From Gemmatimonadaceae bacterium (GTDB lineage: Bacteria > Gemmatimonadota > Gemmatimonadetes > Gemmatimonadales > Gemmatimonadaceae), in assembly GCA_040902005.1 (NCBI GenBank), contig JBBDYA010000108.1, positions 1 through 16,318 of the forward strand: DNA of 16,318 bases, written 5' to 3'. Shown here one piece after another: positions 1 through 9,164 of this stretch. The notes under the pieces are model-generated. The model searched no databases. It was not told the DNA's origin and saw only the letters and a program-made list of their open reading frames with translations. The first letter of the stretch is position 1. The number at the start of each line of letters is the position of its first letter. The position numbers and the translations under genes are program-made.

Positions 1-31
1 CCCCCCCCCCCCCCCCCCCCCGGCCGAGAAC
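1..31 (-). repeat. REP-like head plus C21 homopolymer at the window start
   Basis: GCCGAGAAC at 23-31 (GTTCTCGGC on the minus strand), preceded by 21 C. The homopolymer is probably a contig-end artefact. Confidence 0.6.
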
Positions 32-39
32 GAGCCGTC

Positions 40-687
40 CTATTTCACGACGCGAATGTTGAAATCCGCCGTACCAGACGCGCCCCAGAGCCTGACCCAG
101 AACACCACGTACAGCTCCATACCGCGCGCGGCGGTCAGGTCCCCCAGGTCCGTCACGCGCTTCCAGCCGAACCAGTCGCGGAGGATGCGCTCCACCTCCG
201 TCTTTGCGGCGGCGTCGTTGCCGCTCAGGAACACGTCATGGTCCCCGGGCACGCGCGCCGGGTCCACCATCACGCCCGCGTTGATCGTGTTGAGCGTCTT
301 CACCACCCGGGCGTCCGGCACGGCGCGCTGGATCTGCTCCGCGAGCGAGTCGTCACCGCGATGCATGCACGCGGGCGGCATTCCCTTCGAGAAGTCCAGC
401 GGGTTGGCCAGGTCGATGACGATCTTGCCGGCTAGGTTGGCGGCCCCCGCAGACTGGATGGCCTGCACAGCGCCGGCGCCAGAGGTGCAGTTGAACACCA
501 GCTCCCCGTGCGCCGCGGCGTCGGCGAAGGTGCCATGCGACGCGCGCCTGCCGGCCTGCGATGCCCACGCCTGCGCCTTCTCGTTGTTGGCGGTGCGCGA
601 TCCCATCTTCACGGTGTGCCCCAGCGAGTCCAGCTTGCTGGCAATGGTGGCGCCGACCGTACCCGTTCCCAGCACCGCGATGTTCAT
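40..687 (-). CDS. NADPH-dependent F420 reductase-like / NADP oxidoreductase (F420_oxidored family), 215 aa
   Basis: N-terminal Rossmann motif [10 protein letters not shown], then MGSR, IDLANPL, VVKTLNT and DLGDL, which are typical of this family. SD GAGGA lies just upstream of the ATG. Confidence 0.88.
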   Translation of the reverse strand: MNIAVLGTGTVGATIASKLDSLGHTVKMGSRTANNEKAQAWASQAGRRASHGTFADAAAHGELVFNCTSGAGAVQAIQSAGAANLAGKIVIDLANPLDFSKGMPPACMHRGDDSLAEQIQRAVPDARVVKTLNTINAGVMVDPARVPGDHDVFLSGNDAAAKTEVERILRDWFGWKRVTDLGDLTAARGMELYVVFWVRLWGASGTADFNIRVVK

Positions 688-761
688 CAGTCCTCGATGG
701 AGGTAGGTGGCAGTAATCTGCCTCCCCCGGTGCGCGCGCGCGACGGCGCGGCGGGTCCGCG

Positions 762-3425
762 TCAGTCCGCCCGCAGCGCCTTCACCGGATCCACTCGCGT
801 GGCGCGCAGGGCAGGCAGGTAGCTCGCTGCCACCGCGACGATCAGGAAGAGCGCCGGCACGACCGCAAACGTGAGCGGGTCAACTGCGCTCACATCGTAT
901 AGAAGCGACGACAGGAAGCGCGTGGCGAAGAGCGCCGCCACCAGGCCGAGCGCTGTCCCGGCCGCGGCAAGCAGCGCGCCGCGGCGCACCACGATCGCGA
1001 GCACGCGCGCCGGCGTGGCGCCCAGCGCCAGGCGGATGCCCATCTCCTGCGCGCGCTGCCCCACCAGGTATGACATCACACCGTAGATCCCCACCGCGCC
1101 CAGCAGCAGCGCGGCGATGGCGAACGCCGCCACCAGCAGCATCGTGAACCGCGCCTTGTGCATCGAGTCTGTGAGCACGTTGCGCATGGTCTGGATCTCT
1201 CCCACAGCCACGGTGCGGTCCACATCACGCACGATGGTCCGGATGGTACCGGCGAGCGCGCCGGGGTCGCTCGTCGTCCGTGCCAGCACCCACATCTCCA
1301 CGCCGGACATGCGTGTGCGCTGCTGCCATGGGACGTACATGCTGGTGCTCAGCGTGTCACGGATGCTGTCCTGCTTCGTGTCCGCCACCACCCCCACGAT
1401 CGTCATCCACTCGCTGGGCCACGCGTATCCCAGGCGCTTGCCGATGGCGTCCTCGTTCGGCCAGAATTTGCGGGCGACGCTCTCGCTCACGATGGTCACC
1501 GGGGGCACGCCGTCGCGATCCGCGGCGGTGAAGGCGCGTCCACGCTTCAGCGGAATGCCCATCGTCACGAAGTACGCCGGCGTGATCTCCTGAAAATGTC
1601 CCAGGTCGGGGAGCATCTTCGAGCCGTCCTCCCATTGTCCCTCGACGCGCGGCGCGATCCCCCACACGCTCTGCGCGAACGGCAGCCGGTTCACCGCGGC
1701 CACGTGTTCCACGCCGGGAAGCGCGGACATCCGCTCGAGCACCGTCGCGTAGAGCGTGACCAGCCGGGCGGGATCGCGATAGTTCGCGTTCGCCGGTGTC
1801 ACGCGGGCGGCGATCACTCGCGCCGGCTGGAACCCGGGGTCCTCGCTGCTCAGCGCCTGGAAGCTGCGCACCAGCAGCACCGATCCGATGGCCAGCAACA
1901 CCGCCAGCGCCACCTCCGCCGTGACGAGCGCACCGGACAGACGATGGTGCTGCTGGCCCGCGGTGGCGCGCAGTCCGATGCCGGAGCCGGCAGACTTCCC
2001 CCCCCCCCCCCGGGTGGCGCGCAGCGCGGGAACCACGCCGAACAACACGCCCGTCATCACCGCCACCGCGGCCGTGAACAGGAGCACCGTGCCACTCAGT
2101 GCGATCTCGTGCGCGCGCGGCACCCCGGCAGGCATGACCGACACGAGCCAGCGGACCCCGACGAATGCCAGCAGCACGCCCGCGACCGCGCCGACGGAGG
2201 ACAACAGCAGTCTTTCCGTCACGAGCTGGCGCACCAGCCGCCCGCGTCCGCCGCCGAGCGCGGCACGGACGGCCAGCTCGCGCTCGCGCGCCGTGGCGCG
2301 CGCAAGCAGCAGGTTCGCCACGTTCACGCATCCGATGAGCAGCACGAGGAGCACGCAGCCAAAGAGCATCCAGAGCAGCGTGCCCGAGGACCCCACCATC
2401 GCATCCTGGAGCGGTGTCACCGCGGCGTCCTTGCGATAGTCCTCGCCGGGATCCCAGAGAGGGTTCAGCGCGCGCAGGGTGGGCCACGTCGTGCTCACTT
2501 CGCGGTGCGCCTGCGGCACCGTGACGCCGGGCGCCAGCCGGCCAATGAACCACTTGCCCCCCACCGCCCACGTCACGCCCATGTTGCCGGGGTTGAACGC
2601 GTACGGCATCCAGTACTCGGTGTCCCGGTCGGGGAACTGGAACGCCGGCGGCATGATGCCCACGACGGTGACGTTCGTGCCCTCGAGGATGATTCGCGTG
2701 CCGACGATGCCCGAGTCGCCGCCGAACTTCGACTGCCACAGCCGGTGGCCCAGCACGATCACGCCATTGTTGCCGAGAATCGATTCCTCCTCGGCAAACC
2801 CGCGTCCCAGCATGGGAAGGGCGCCCAGCATCGGGAACAGGTTCGGTGTCACCGCCGCGCCGAGGATGCGCTCCGGCCGATCGCCGTTATCGATCGCGTT
2901 GGTGGCCTGCGCGAACGCGGCGAGATGCGAGAAGCTGCGCAGCCGCTCGCGCAGCGCCACGAACTCGCCGCCCGATCCCTCGCCGATGCTCACGAGCTGG
3001 TGCGGCTGCGCGTACGGGAGTGGGCTCAGCAGCACGGCGTTCACCACGGAGAAGATGGCGGCGTTCGCGCCGATCCCCAGCGCCAGCGTGAGCGTGGCGG
3101 CGACGGCGAATCCCGGTGCCCGCCGCAGCGACCGCCAGCCGAAGCGGAGGTCCTGCATGACGTCCGACGCGAACTCCACGCGGCTGGTGGCGACCTGCCT
3201 GCGCAGGTCGTGCGAGACCAGGTCGTGACGCACGCGGGTGACGTCGCCGAACCGGTCGAGGGCATCGCGCCGCGCGTCGTCAGGCGACATGCCCAGGGAC
3301 AGGTTGCGCGCGACGCGCATCGCCACGTGGAACGCCAACTCCTCGTCCACGTCGGCCGCGACGTTCGGGCGGACGAAGCGCAGGTAGCGGCGCCACGCCG
3401 GCGGGTCCTGCCGCTCGCCGCTCAC
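762..3425 (-). CDS. ADOP-type (acidobacterial duplicated orphan permease) MacB/FtsX ABC permease, 887 aa
   Basis: Prefix domain (VDEELAFH...[10 protein letters not shown]), [69 protein letters not shown] and C-terminal [11 protein letters not shown]. Start trimmed to the GTG at 3425, which overlaps the PadR stop (GTGA). Confidence 0.93.
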   Translation of the reverse strand: MSGERQDPPAWRRYLRFVRPNVAADVDEELAFHVAMRVARNLSLGMSPDDARRDALDRFGDVTRVRHDLVSHDLRRQVATSRVEFASDVMQDLRFGWRSLRRAPGFAVAATLTLALGIGANAAIFSVVNAVLLSPLPYAQPHQLVSIGEGSGGEFVALRERLRSFSHLAAFAQATNAIDNGDRPERILGAAVTPNLFPMLGALPMLGRGFAEEESILGNNGVIVLGHRLWQSKFGGDSGIVGTRIILEGTNVTVVGIMPPAFQFPDRDTEYWMPYAFNPGNMGVTWAVGGKWFIGRLAPGVTVPQAHREVSTTWPTLRALNPLWDPGEDYRKDAAVTPLQDAMVGSSGTLLWMLFGCVLLVLLIGCVNVANLLLARATARERELAVRAALGGGRGRLVRQLVTERLLLSSVGAVAGVLLAFVGVRWLVSVMPAGVPRAHEIALSGTVLLFTAAVAVMTGVLFGVVPALRATRGGGGKSAGSGIGLRATAGQQHHRLSGALVTAEVALAVLLAIGSVLLVRSFQALSSEDPGFQPARVIAARVTPANANYRDPARLVTLYATVLERMSALPGVEHVAAVNRLPFAQSVWGIAPRVEGQWEDGSKMLPDLGHFQEITPAYFVTMGIPLKRGRAFTAADRDGVPPVTIVSESVARKFWPNEDAIGKRLGYAWPSEWMTIVGVVADTKQDSIRDTLSTSMYVPWQQRTRMSGVEMWVLARTTSDPGALAGTIRTIVRDVDRTVAVGEIQTMRNVLTDSMHKARFTMLLVAAFAIAALLLGAVGIYGVMSYLVGQRAQEMGIRLALGATPARVLAIVVRRGALLAAAGTALGLVAALFATRFLSSLLYDVSAVDPLTFAVVPALFLIVAVAASYLPALRATRVDPVKALRAD

Positions 3426-3772
3426 GCGATCGCCGGTTCCGCGCGCAGCACTCGGGTGACGGCCTGCGAGTAGCGCAGCCAGACGGTGGCCTCGCTGCGC
3501 AGGTGCTTGCGTCCCGCCGGCGTGAGCTTGTAGAAGCGCGCGCGTCGGTTGTTCTCGGACAGCCCCCACTCGGAGGTGACCCAACCGCGGTCCTCCAGCC
3601 GGCGCAGGGCGGGGTAGAGGGAGCCCTCCTCGATCCTCAGGACGTCGCCGGTGGCGTCCTCGATGTACCGGCTGACCGCGTACCCGTGGGCGGTGCCGGG
3701 CAACAGCGCCTTGAGAATGAGAATGCCGAGCGTTCCCTGAAGGAGATCGGCGGGTTGTGGTCGTGGCGACAT
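3422..3772 (-). CDS. PadR-family transcriptional regulator (acidobacterial ADOP-associated type), 116 aa
   Basis: [15 protein letters not shown]...HGYAV...[16 protein letters not shown]...[24 protein letters not shown] at 3772 with AAGGG upstream; coupled to the permease. Confidence 0.95.
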   Translation of the reverse strand: MSPRPQPADLLQGTLGILILKALLPGTAHGYAVSRYIEDATGDVLRIEEGSLYPALRRLEDRGWVTSEWGLSENNRRARFYKLTPAGRKHLRSEATVWLRYSQAVTRVLRAEPAIA

Positions 3773-3776
3773 GGTT

Positions 3777-3833
3777 CCCTTGGCAAGCGTAGGGGAAGAG
3801 TGCCATGGTGGCGCTCCCTTGTCAAGACTAGGG
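3777..3833. promoter_or_regulatory. Two tandem 18-bp pseudo-palindromic operator boxes, probable PadR binding sites
   Basis: CCCTTGGCAAGCGTAGGG (3777-3794) and CCCTTGTCAAGACTAGGG (3816-3833), consensus CCCTTG-N6-STAGGG. The first box covers the padR SD. Confidence 0.7.
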
Positions 3834-3924
3834 TACGTACGCCCCCTGCCTGCCTCGCCCGCCGCGACCTTCCTGGCCGTGGTTGAGTACGATACGGTGG
3901 AACCAACAATCAAGGGAGGTTTCC

Positions 3925-4293
3925 ATGACGACGGTATTCGAGCATGGACGTGCCCGGCTGTTCGCCGCGCTGATCGCGGTGGCGCTACTGAGCGGATGCG
4001 CCGCGATGCGCGGGGCGTCGGAGGACTCCGGCGAACCGGCCAGGGTGCGCGTGGAGAACCGAGCCTACACGGACATGACGATCTACGCGCTGGAGGGGGG
4101 AAGCGTGCGGCGGCGGCTTGGGGTGGCGTCGTCGGTAAGCACATCGACGTTCACCATCCCGGCGTCGCTGGTGGGGCTGGGGCGGGAGGTACAGTTCCTC
4201 GCGGACCCCATCGGCGCCCGTGGATCGCAGGCGACGCGGCGGATCATGGTGTATCCCGGGGATACGGTGGTCCTGACGATTCCGCCGAGCTGA
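3925..4293 (+). CDS. Small lipoprotein of unknown function, 122 aa
   Basis: Strong SD AAGGGAGGT before ATG 3925. Signal peptide RARLFAALIAVALLSG-C has lipobox LSGC. Beta-rich mature part (VRVENR...IYA...RRRLG.A...TFTIP). Confidence 0.85.
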   Translation: MTTVFEHGRARLFAALIAVALLSGCAAMRGASEDSGEPARVRVENRAYTDMTIYALEGGSVRRRLGVASSVSTSTFTIPASLVGLGREVQFLADPIGARGSQATRRIMVYPGDTVVLTIPPS

Positions 4294-4331
4294 CCCACGA
4301 CGGCGGACGGCGCGACGGGCGCCCCCTTGCA

Positions 4332-4365
4332 CTTCTACATGAAGCGCGACACTTTCCTGTAGAAG
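4332..4365. promoter_or_regulatory. 8-bp inverted repeat upstream of the second padR, possible operator
   Basis: CTTCTACA (4332-4339), N18, TGTAGAAG (4358-4365); about 40 nt upstream of ATG 4405 in an AT-enriched patch. Confidence 0.45.
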
Positions 4366-4404
4366 CCGAAACGGAAGCTCTTCGCCCCCCCCCCCCGCAC
4401 CCGC

Positions 4405-4743
4405 ATGCCTGACCGCCTGGACCTGCCGCAGGGCACGCTCGACCTGCTCATCCTCAAGGCCCTCTCGCTGGGCCCGCAGCACGGCTGGGCCGTGTCCGAG
4501 CGCATCGCCCAGGTGTCCGGCGCCGCACTCCAGATACCACAGGGCTCGCTCTATCCCGCGCTCCACCGGCTCGAGCGCCGTGGCTGGATCGAGGCAGAGT
4601 GGGGGGGGTGGGGCGCGTCGGACGCGAACCGCCGCGCCAAGTACTATGAGCTCACCCGCGCGGGGAGAAAGCAGTTGGCGGAGGAAACCCGCGCGTGGAG
4701 CCAGCTCACCAGCGCCGTCTCCCTCGTGCTGGAGATGACCTGA
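4405..4743 (+). CDS. PadR-family transcriptional regulator (ADOP-associated type), 112 aa
   Basis: DLPQGTLDLLILKAL...HGWAVS...QGSLYPALHRLERRGW...NRRAKYYELTRAGRK. Its stop overlaps the permease start (TGATG). Confidence 0.95.
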   Translation: MPDRLDLPQGTLDLLILKALSLGPQHGWAVSERIAQVSGAALQIPQGSLYPALHRLERRGWIEAEWGGWGASDANRRAKYYELTRAGRKQLAEETRAWSQLTSAVSLVLEMT

Positions 4744-7451
4744 TGCTCGCCGACCTGAAGTTCCGGTTGCGCGCGCTGTTCCGGCGCGACGCCATGGAGC
4801 GCGAGCTGCACGACGAGCTGCGCTTCCACCTGGAGCGCGAAACGGAGAAGCTCGTGGCGGCGGGCGTGCCGCGTGACGAGGCGGAGCGCCGGGCGCGTCT
4901 CGCCTTCGGCGGCGTGGAACGCATCAAGGACGACGCGCGCGACGCGCGCGGGATCTCGCTGGTGGACACGCTCACGCAGGACCTGCGCTACGCCTGGCGC
5001 GGACTGCGCGCGCGCCCCGGATTCACCGTGGGCGTGGTGCTGACGCTCGCGCTGGGCATCGGCGCCAACGCCGCGATGTTCGGCATCGTGGACCGCATGC
5101 TGTTCCGCGCGCCGGCCTACCTCACCGCGCCGGACGAGACGCATCGCGTGCTCCAGGGGTACGTGTGGAACACCCGCGACCGCACGGACGCCAACTTTGC
5201 CTACGCGCGCCTCGTCGACGTCCAGCGCTGGACCACCTCCTTCGACCGCGTGGCCGGTTTCGGCTACCGTGAGGCGGCGATCGGCACCGGCGACCAGGCG
5301 CGCGACATGATCATCGCCACGGTCAGCGCCGGGTACTTCGGATTCTTTGACGCGCGGCCCGTTCTGGGCCGGTTCTTCACCGCCGACGAAGACACGCCCG
5401 CGAATCCCGCCCCCGTCGCGGTGCTCGGCCACGGGTATTGGCAGTCCATCGGCGCACCCGCGGACATCGTCGGCACCACGCTGCACGTGGGCCCCTCCGT
5501 GGTCACCATCATCGGCGTCGCTCCCGAGGGGTTCATCGGCACCACGGACGGTGCGGCCCCGGTGGCGTTCATCCCGCTCGCAACCATGGTGGCGTCGCGG
5601 GGCGCGCGATACTTCGAGAACTATCAGTGGTCCTGGCTCGAGATCCTCGCGAAGCGCAGGGACGGCGTCACCGTCGCCACCGCCAATGCAGACCTCACGG
5701 TGGCATTCCAGCGCAGCTGGAACAAGGAGCGTGATGCCGACGCCGGCTCCTACCCGGACGCCGCCGCCGCGCGCGTGACCGGATCCGCCGTGCCCGTGCT
5801 GGAGAGCAGGGGTCCGAACGCGGACGCCAACGCGAAGATCGTCGCATGGGTGATGGGCGTCGCGGTCATCGTGCTGCTCGTCGCCTGCGCCAACGTCGCC
5901 AACCTCCTGCTGGCCCGCGCCGTGTCGCGCCGCCGGGAGATCGCGCTGCGACTCGCGCTGGGTGTCACGCGCGGCCGGCTCCTGCAACAACTGCTCACGG
6001 AGAGTCTGCTGATCGCGGCCATGGGCGGGGTCGCCGGACTGGCGGTGGCGCACTGGGGGGGACGCACGCTGCGCGCCCTGTTCCTGCGGCAGGAAGACAC
6101 GTCCGTCGTGGCCAACGATCCGCGCACGCTGCTCTTCGCCGGCGCGATCACGCTGGCCGTTGCGCTGCTCACCGGACTCGCGCCGGCGCTCCACTCCCTG
6201 CGCGACGACGTAGCGCTGTCCCTCAAGAGCGGCGCGCGCGACGGCGGGGGGGGGGGCACGGGTTCGCACGCGCGCTCCCGCCTGCGCGGCGCGCTCCTGC
6301 TGTTCCAGGGGGCGCTGTCGGTGGTGCTGCTCGTGGGCGCGGGGCTGTTCGTCAGCAGTCTGCGCAACGTGCGCTCGCTGCGACTCGGCTACGACGTGGA
6401 GCCGGTCGTGCACGCGCAGATGAACAAGCGCGGAGTGGTACTCTCGACCGCGGAGCAGAACGCGCTGGTGGACCGGATGCTCGCCGCGGCGCGCGAGGTG
6501 CTGGGGGTGCGGAGCGTGACGGTCGCCTCGTCCGTGCCGTTCTACAGCTTCGAGGAGCGCGGCGCCCCGGTGGTCGCGGGACGCGACTCACTGGCAAAGC
6601 TGGGCAGATACCGGCTTCAGGTGGGGAACGCGGAGTACTTCGCCACGACTGGAACGCGCATCCTGCGCGGCCGCGGCATTTCCGTGGACGATCGCGAAGG
6701 CGGGCAGCCGGTGCTGGTGTTGAGCGAGGCGATGGCCGGCGCGCTCTGGCCCGATCGCGACGCCCTGGGCGAGCAGTTGCGGATCGGCGACACCAAGGCG
6801 CTGTTCACCGTGGTGGGCGTCGCCGAGAACGTCCGCGGCGGCAGCCTGCAAGGTGAGGCGGAGTTCTGGTATTACGTGCCGATGGAGCAGTACCGTGAGC
6901 ACTTCGGCGTGCTGGGGCCGCAGCTGTACGCGCGCGTGAACGGCAACGCCCGGGATTTCGCGGAGCCGCTGCGACGTCGTCTCCAGCGCGAGATGCCCGG
7001 CGTCTCCTACGTGCGCACCATGCCGCTGGCGAACATGGTCACGCCGCGCCAGCGGTCGTGGAGCTTTGGCGCCACCATGTTTGCCGCGTTCGGCGGGCTG
7101 GCGCTGCTGCTCGCCGCGATCGGTCTGTACAGCATGATCGCGTACTCGGTGGCGCAGCGGACGCACGAGCTGGGCGTGCGCATCGCGCTTGGCGCCGGCG
7201 CGCGGGACGTGGTGCGGATGGTGGTGGGGCAGGGCGTGGGCTTCGCCGTGGCGGGTGTGGTGATCGGGACGCTCATTGCGGTCGTCGCAGCCCGCTGGGT
7301 CCAGCCGCTGCTCTTCGACCAGCCCGCGCGCGACCCCGTGATCTATGCCGTGGTGGCGCTCGTCCTGCTCGTCGTCGCCGTCATGGCCACGATCCGGCCG
7401 GCGTGGCGCGCGGCGCGGGTGGATCCCACGGTGGCGCTGCGCGCGGACTGA
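4743..7451 (+). CDS. ADOP-type duplicated MacB/FtsX ABC permease, 902 aa
   Basis: MERELHDELRFHLE...ARLAFGG prefix, [88 protein letters not shown]. Start at ATG 4743, overlapping the padR stop. Confidence 0.93.
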   Translation: MLADLKFRLRALFRRDAMERELHDELRFHLERETEKLVAAGVPRDEAERRARLAFGGVERIKDDARDARGISLVDTLTQDLRYAWRGLRARPGFTVGVVLTLALGIGANAAMFGIVDRMLFRAPAYLTAPDETHRVLQGYVWNTRDRTDANFAYARLVDVQRWTTSFDRVAGFGYREAAIGTGDQARDMIIATVSAGYFGFFDARPVLGRFFTADEDTPANPAPVAVLGHGYWQSIGAPADIVGTTLHVGPSVVTIIGVAPEGFIGTTDGAAPVAFIPLATMVASRGARYFENYQWSWLEILAKRRDGVTVATANADLTVAFQRSWNKERDADAGSYPDAAAARVTGSAVPVLESRGPNADANAKIVAWVMGVAVIVLLVACANVANLLLARAVSRRREIALRLALGVTRGRLLQQLLTESLLIAAMGGVAGLAVAHWGGRTLRALFLRQEDTSVVANDPRTLLFAGAITLAVALLTGLAPALHSLRDDVALSLKSGARDGGGGGTGSHARSRLRGALLLFQGALSVVLLVGAGLFVSSLRNVRSLRLGYDVEPVVHAQMNKRGVVLSTAEQNALVDRMLAAAREVLGVRSVTVASSVPFYSFEERGAPVVAGRDSLAKLGRYRLQVGNAEYFATTGTRILRGRGISVDDREGGQPVLVLSEAMAGALWPDRDALGEQLRIGDTKALFTVVGVAENVRGGSLQGEAEFWYYVPMEQYREHFGVLGPQLYARVNGNARDFAEPLRRRLQREMPGVSYVRTMPLANMVTPRQRSWSFGATMFAAFGGLALLLAAIGLYSMIAYSVAQRTHELGVRIALGAGARDVVRMVVGQGVGFAVAGVVIGTLIAVVAARWVQPLLFDQPARDPVIYAVVALVLLVVAVMATIRPAWRAARVDPTVALRAD

Positions 7452-7475
7452 TTCGCTCCGGTAGTTGCGTGCCCC

Positions 7476-7496
7476 CCTGGTCCCGGGTCCCAGGTC
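7476..7496. repeat. Heptamer tandem repeat (CCNGGTC)x3
   Basis: CCTGGTC CCGGGTC CCAGGTC between convergent genes. Confidence 0.55.
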
Positions 7497-8140
7497 TAGG
7501 GTTTTGGCGGGGGCACCGGCGCGTGCCGCAGCGTCGCGTCGAGCGTGGTGATGTGGAGATTGAGCGCCGGCCCGATGCGGAATCCGTAGACGCCGGCCGT
7601 CGCAACCTGCGCCCGTGGCAACGTTGCCACGACGGAGTCGTTCACGACGAAGCGCACCGCGGTGTCCACCACCACGCGGACGACATTTGCCGCCGCCCCG
7701 GGCTTCACCCCGGGAGCCGCCGCCCATGGGAGCAGCTCGCGCGTCCGCCCCTGCTCGTGGCGAAGCACGGCGGCCGATCCGTCGCGACGCACCAGGAACG
7801 CCGTCCAGCTCCGCGACGCTCCGTCGAGGTCCGCGCCGCCGACGAACACGCCGTATTCCGCGGGCGCGGTGCCGGGGAAGAGGATCAGGCGCGACTGCAG
7901 CTCGAAGCGGCCACTCGCCCTGCTGTCCGGATGGAAGAGCAGTGCGCCCGGTCCCATCGTCACGTGCCACCCCGGCGCCATGGAGACGAAGTGAAACGTG
8001 CCGGGCAGGAGGGTGTCTGTGCGCGCGGACGGCACCGAGGCAGAATCCGTGGCCCAGCGCCAGCCGTCGGGGATTGCCTGCGCATCGAGCGTGGAAGCCG
8101 ACAGGAGGCACAGCAGGAGTGCGGAAGTGCGGGAGCGCAT
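7496..8140 (-). CDS. Secreted hypothetical protein, probably a beta-sandwich (ConA/DUF1080-like), 214 aa
   Basis: Signal peptide MRSRTSALLLCLLSASTLDA-QA. Strand-rich mature region (YGVFVGG, FLVRRDG, VRFVVND, GVYGFRIG). Start trimmed to ATG 8140; fold assignment is inference. Confidence 0.75.
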   Translation of the reverse strand: MRSRTSALLLCLLSASTLDAQAIPDGWRWATDSASVPSARTDTLLPGTFHFVSMAPGWHVTMGPGALLFHPDSRASGRFELQSRLILFPGTAPAEYGVFVGGADLDGASRSWTAFLVRRDGSAAVLRHEQGRTRELLPWAAAPGVKPGAAANVVRVVVDTAVRFVVNDSVVATLPRAQVATAGVYGFRIGPALNLHITTLDATLRHAPVPPPKP

Positions 8141-8154
8141 CGATGGTCGGAGCT

Positions 8155-8189
8155 GGAGGGGGGAGGAGGGAGGAGGGAGGAGCGAGGAC
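8155..8189. repeat. Purine-rich heptamer tandem repeat (GGAGGAG)x5, degenerate
   Basis: GGAGGGG GGAGGAG GGAGGAG GGAGGAG CGAGGAC in the divergent intergenic region. Confidence 0.7.
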
Positions 8190-8198
8190 CGGAGAGCC

Positions 8199-8234
8199 TT
8201 GCGGTCCACAATATGTGATAATAGTATCACATAT
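8199..8234 (+). promoter_or_regulatory. Sigma70-like leaderless promoter overlapped by a perfect 10-4-10 palindrome (ArsR operator)
   Basis: TTGCGG (8199-8204), 17 nt, TAGTAT (8222-8227), 5 nt, ATG 8233. Palindrome ATATGTGATA-ATAG-TATCACATAT at 8211-8234. No SD. Confidence 0.8.
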
Positions 8235-8595
8235 GGCAAGAGCCAAGGCCGACGACTTGGAACCCGTATGGCGCGCGCTGGCGAACCCCGTCCGCCGACG
8301 CGTGCTGGATCTGTTGCGCGATGGCGCGTTGTCCACCGGCGAACTCGCGGATCGGTTTGCGGATTTGTCGCGCTTCGCCGTGATGCAACACCTGCGCGTG
8401 CTCGGCGACGCCGACCTGGTGATCGCGCGGCGGCAGGGGCGGGTGCGTCTCAATTTCCTCAACCCAGTGCCGATTCAGCGCATCTACGACCGCTGGGTCA
8501 GCCGCTACCAGGAGCCGTGGACGGAGGCGTTGGTGTCGTTGAAGGGCCAACTCGAACGCGAACGCAGCCCCGGCCGCCGCCCGCGCGCCGGATGA
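8233..8595 (+). CDS. ArsR/SmtB-family winged-helix regulator, 120 aa
   Basis: WRALANPVRRRVLDLL...STGELA...LSRFAVMQHLRVL..ADLV...RQGRVRLNFLNPVPIQRIYDRW, the SRPBCC-associated ArsR type. No Cys. Confidence 0.93.
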   Translation: MARAKADDLEPVWRALANPVRRRVLDLLRDGALSTGELADRFADLSRFAVMQHLRVLGDADLVIARRQGRVRLNFLNPVPIQRIYDRWVSRYQEPWTEALVSLKGQLERERSPGRRPRAG

Positions 8596-8616
8596 CCCGC
8601 CACCCATGGTGACCAG

Positions 8617-9147
8617 ATGACGCAGCCGAAGCCGCTCCCGGACCAGGTGCTGTCCGTGGAGATCAACGCGCCCATACAGAAGGTGTGGAACGAGATCACG
8701 AAGACCGGCGCGATCCAGCGCGCCCTGAATAACACCGTGCTGGAGTCGACCATGCGGCCGGGCGCGAAGCTGCGCTATTACAGCCCCAGCAGAAAGCGCG
8801 TGTTCGTGGTGGGCGAGATCGTGGACCTCGTCGCGCCGACGAAGTTCGCGCACACATGGAAGTTCACGATGAACCCGGAGGCGTTCACGCTGGTGACGTG
8901 GGAGCTGTCCGAGCTGCCGGGGGGATCGTGCCGAGTGACGCTGACGCACAGCCGCTGGACCGACGACATGAAGTCGTACAAGAACGTCAGCACGACATGG
9001 ACCGGCATCCTGCGCCTCCTGAAGCTGGACCTCGAGACGGGGACCATCGACCTGAAGACGCGGATGATATACGGGATGTTCGGCGCGCTGGAGTTCATGT
9101 TGCCCAAGACCACGTCGGTGCCGTACGCGGATCAGCAGGGCTGGTAG
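8617..9147 (+). CDS. SRPBCC/AHSA1 (START-like) domain protein, 176 aa
   Basis: SVEINAPIQKVWNEIT...PG...GEIV....PTKFAHTW...TLVTWEL...CRVTLTH...W..IL..LK..LETG. Directly follows the ArsR gene. Confidence 0.88.
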   Translation: MTQPKPLPDQVLSVEINAPIQKVWNEITKTGAIQRALNNTVLESTMRPGAKLRYYSPSRKRVFVVGEIVDLVAPTKFAHTWKFTMNPEAFTLVTWELSELPGGSCRVTLTHSRWTDDMKSYKNVSTTWTGILRLLKLDLETGTIDLKTRMIYGMFGALEFMLPKTTSVPYADQQGW

Positions 9148-9164
9148 CCTCGTTCGGGCGCGCT

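Noticed and set aside
1..21. C21 homopolymer as a biological feature
   Set aside because: It lies at the sequence end next to a hairpin repeat, typical of a read-end poly-G/C artefact.
1158..3473. 771-aa plus-strand ORF, and similar long ORFs at 4644..6413, 6588..8462 and 11962..13209
   Set aside because: Antisense shadows of well-supported high-GC genes, with His/Arg/Ala-rich non-globular composition and no motifs.
3551..3558. GTTCTCGG/CCGAGAAC matches inside genes (also near 6823 and 15642)
   Set aside because: They are explained by coding sequence, with no adjoining hairpin or tail, so they were not counted as repeat copies.
3426..4144. N-terminal extensions of the permease (to 3806) and PadR (to 4144) in the ORF track
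   Set aside because: They overlap real genes in other frames or strands. The homologous regions begin at GTG 3425 and ATG 3772, supported by SD and coupling evidence.
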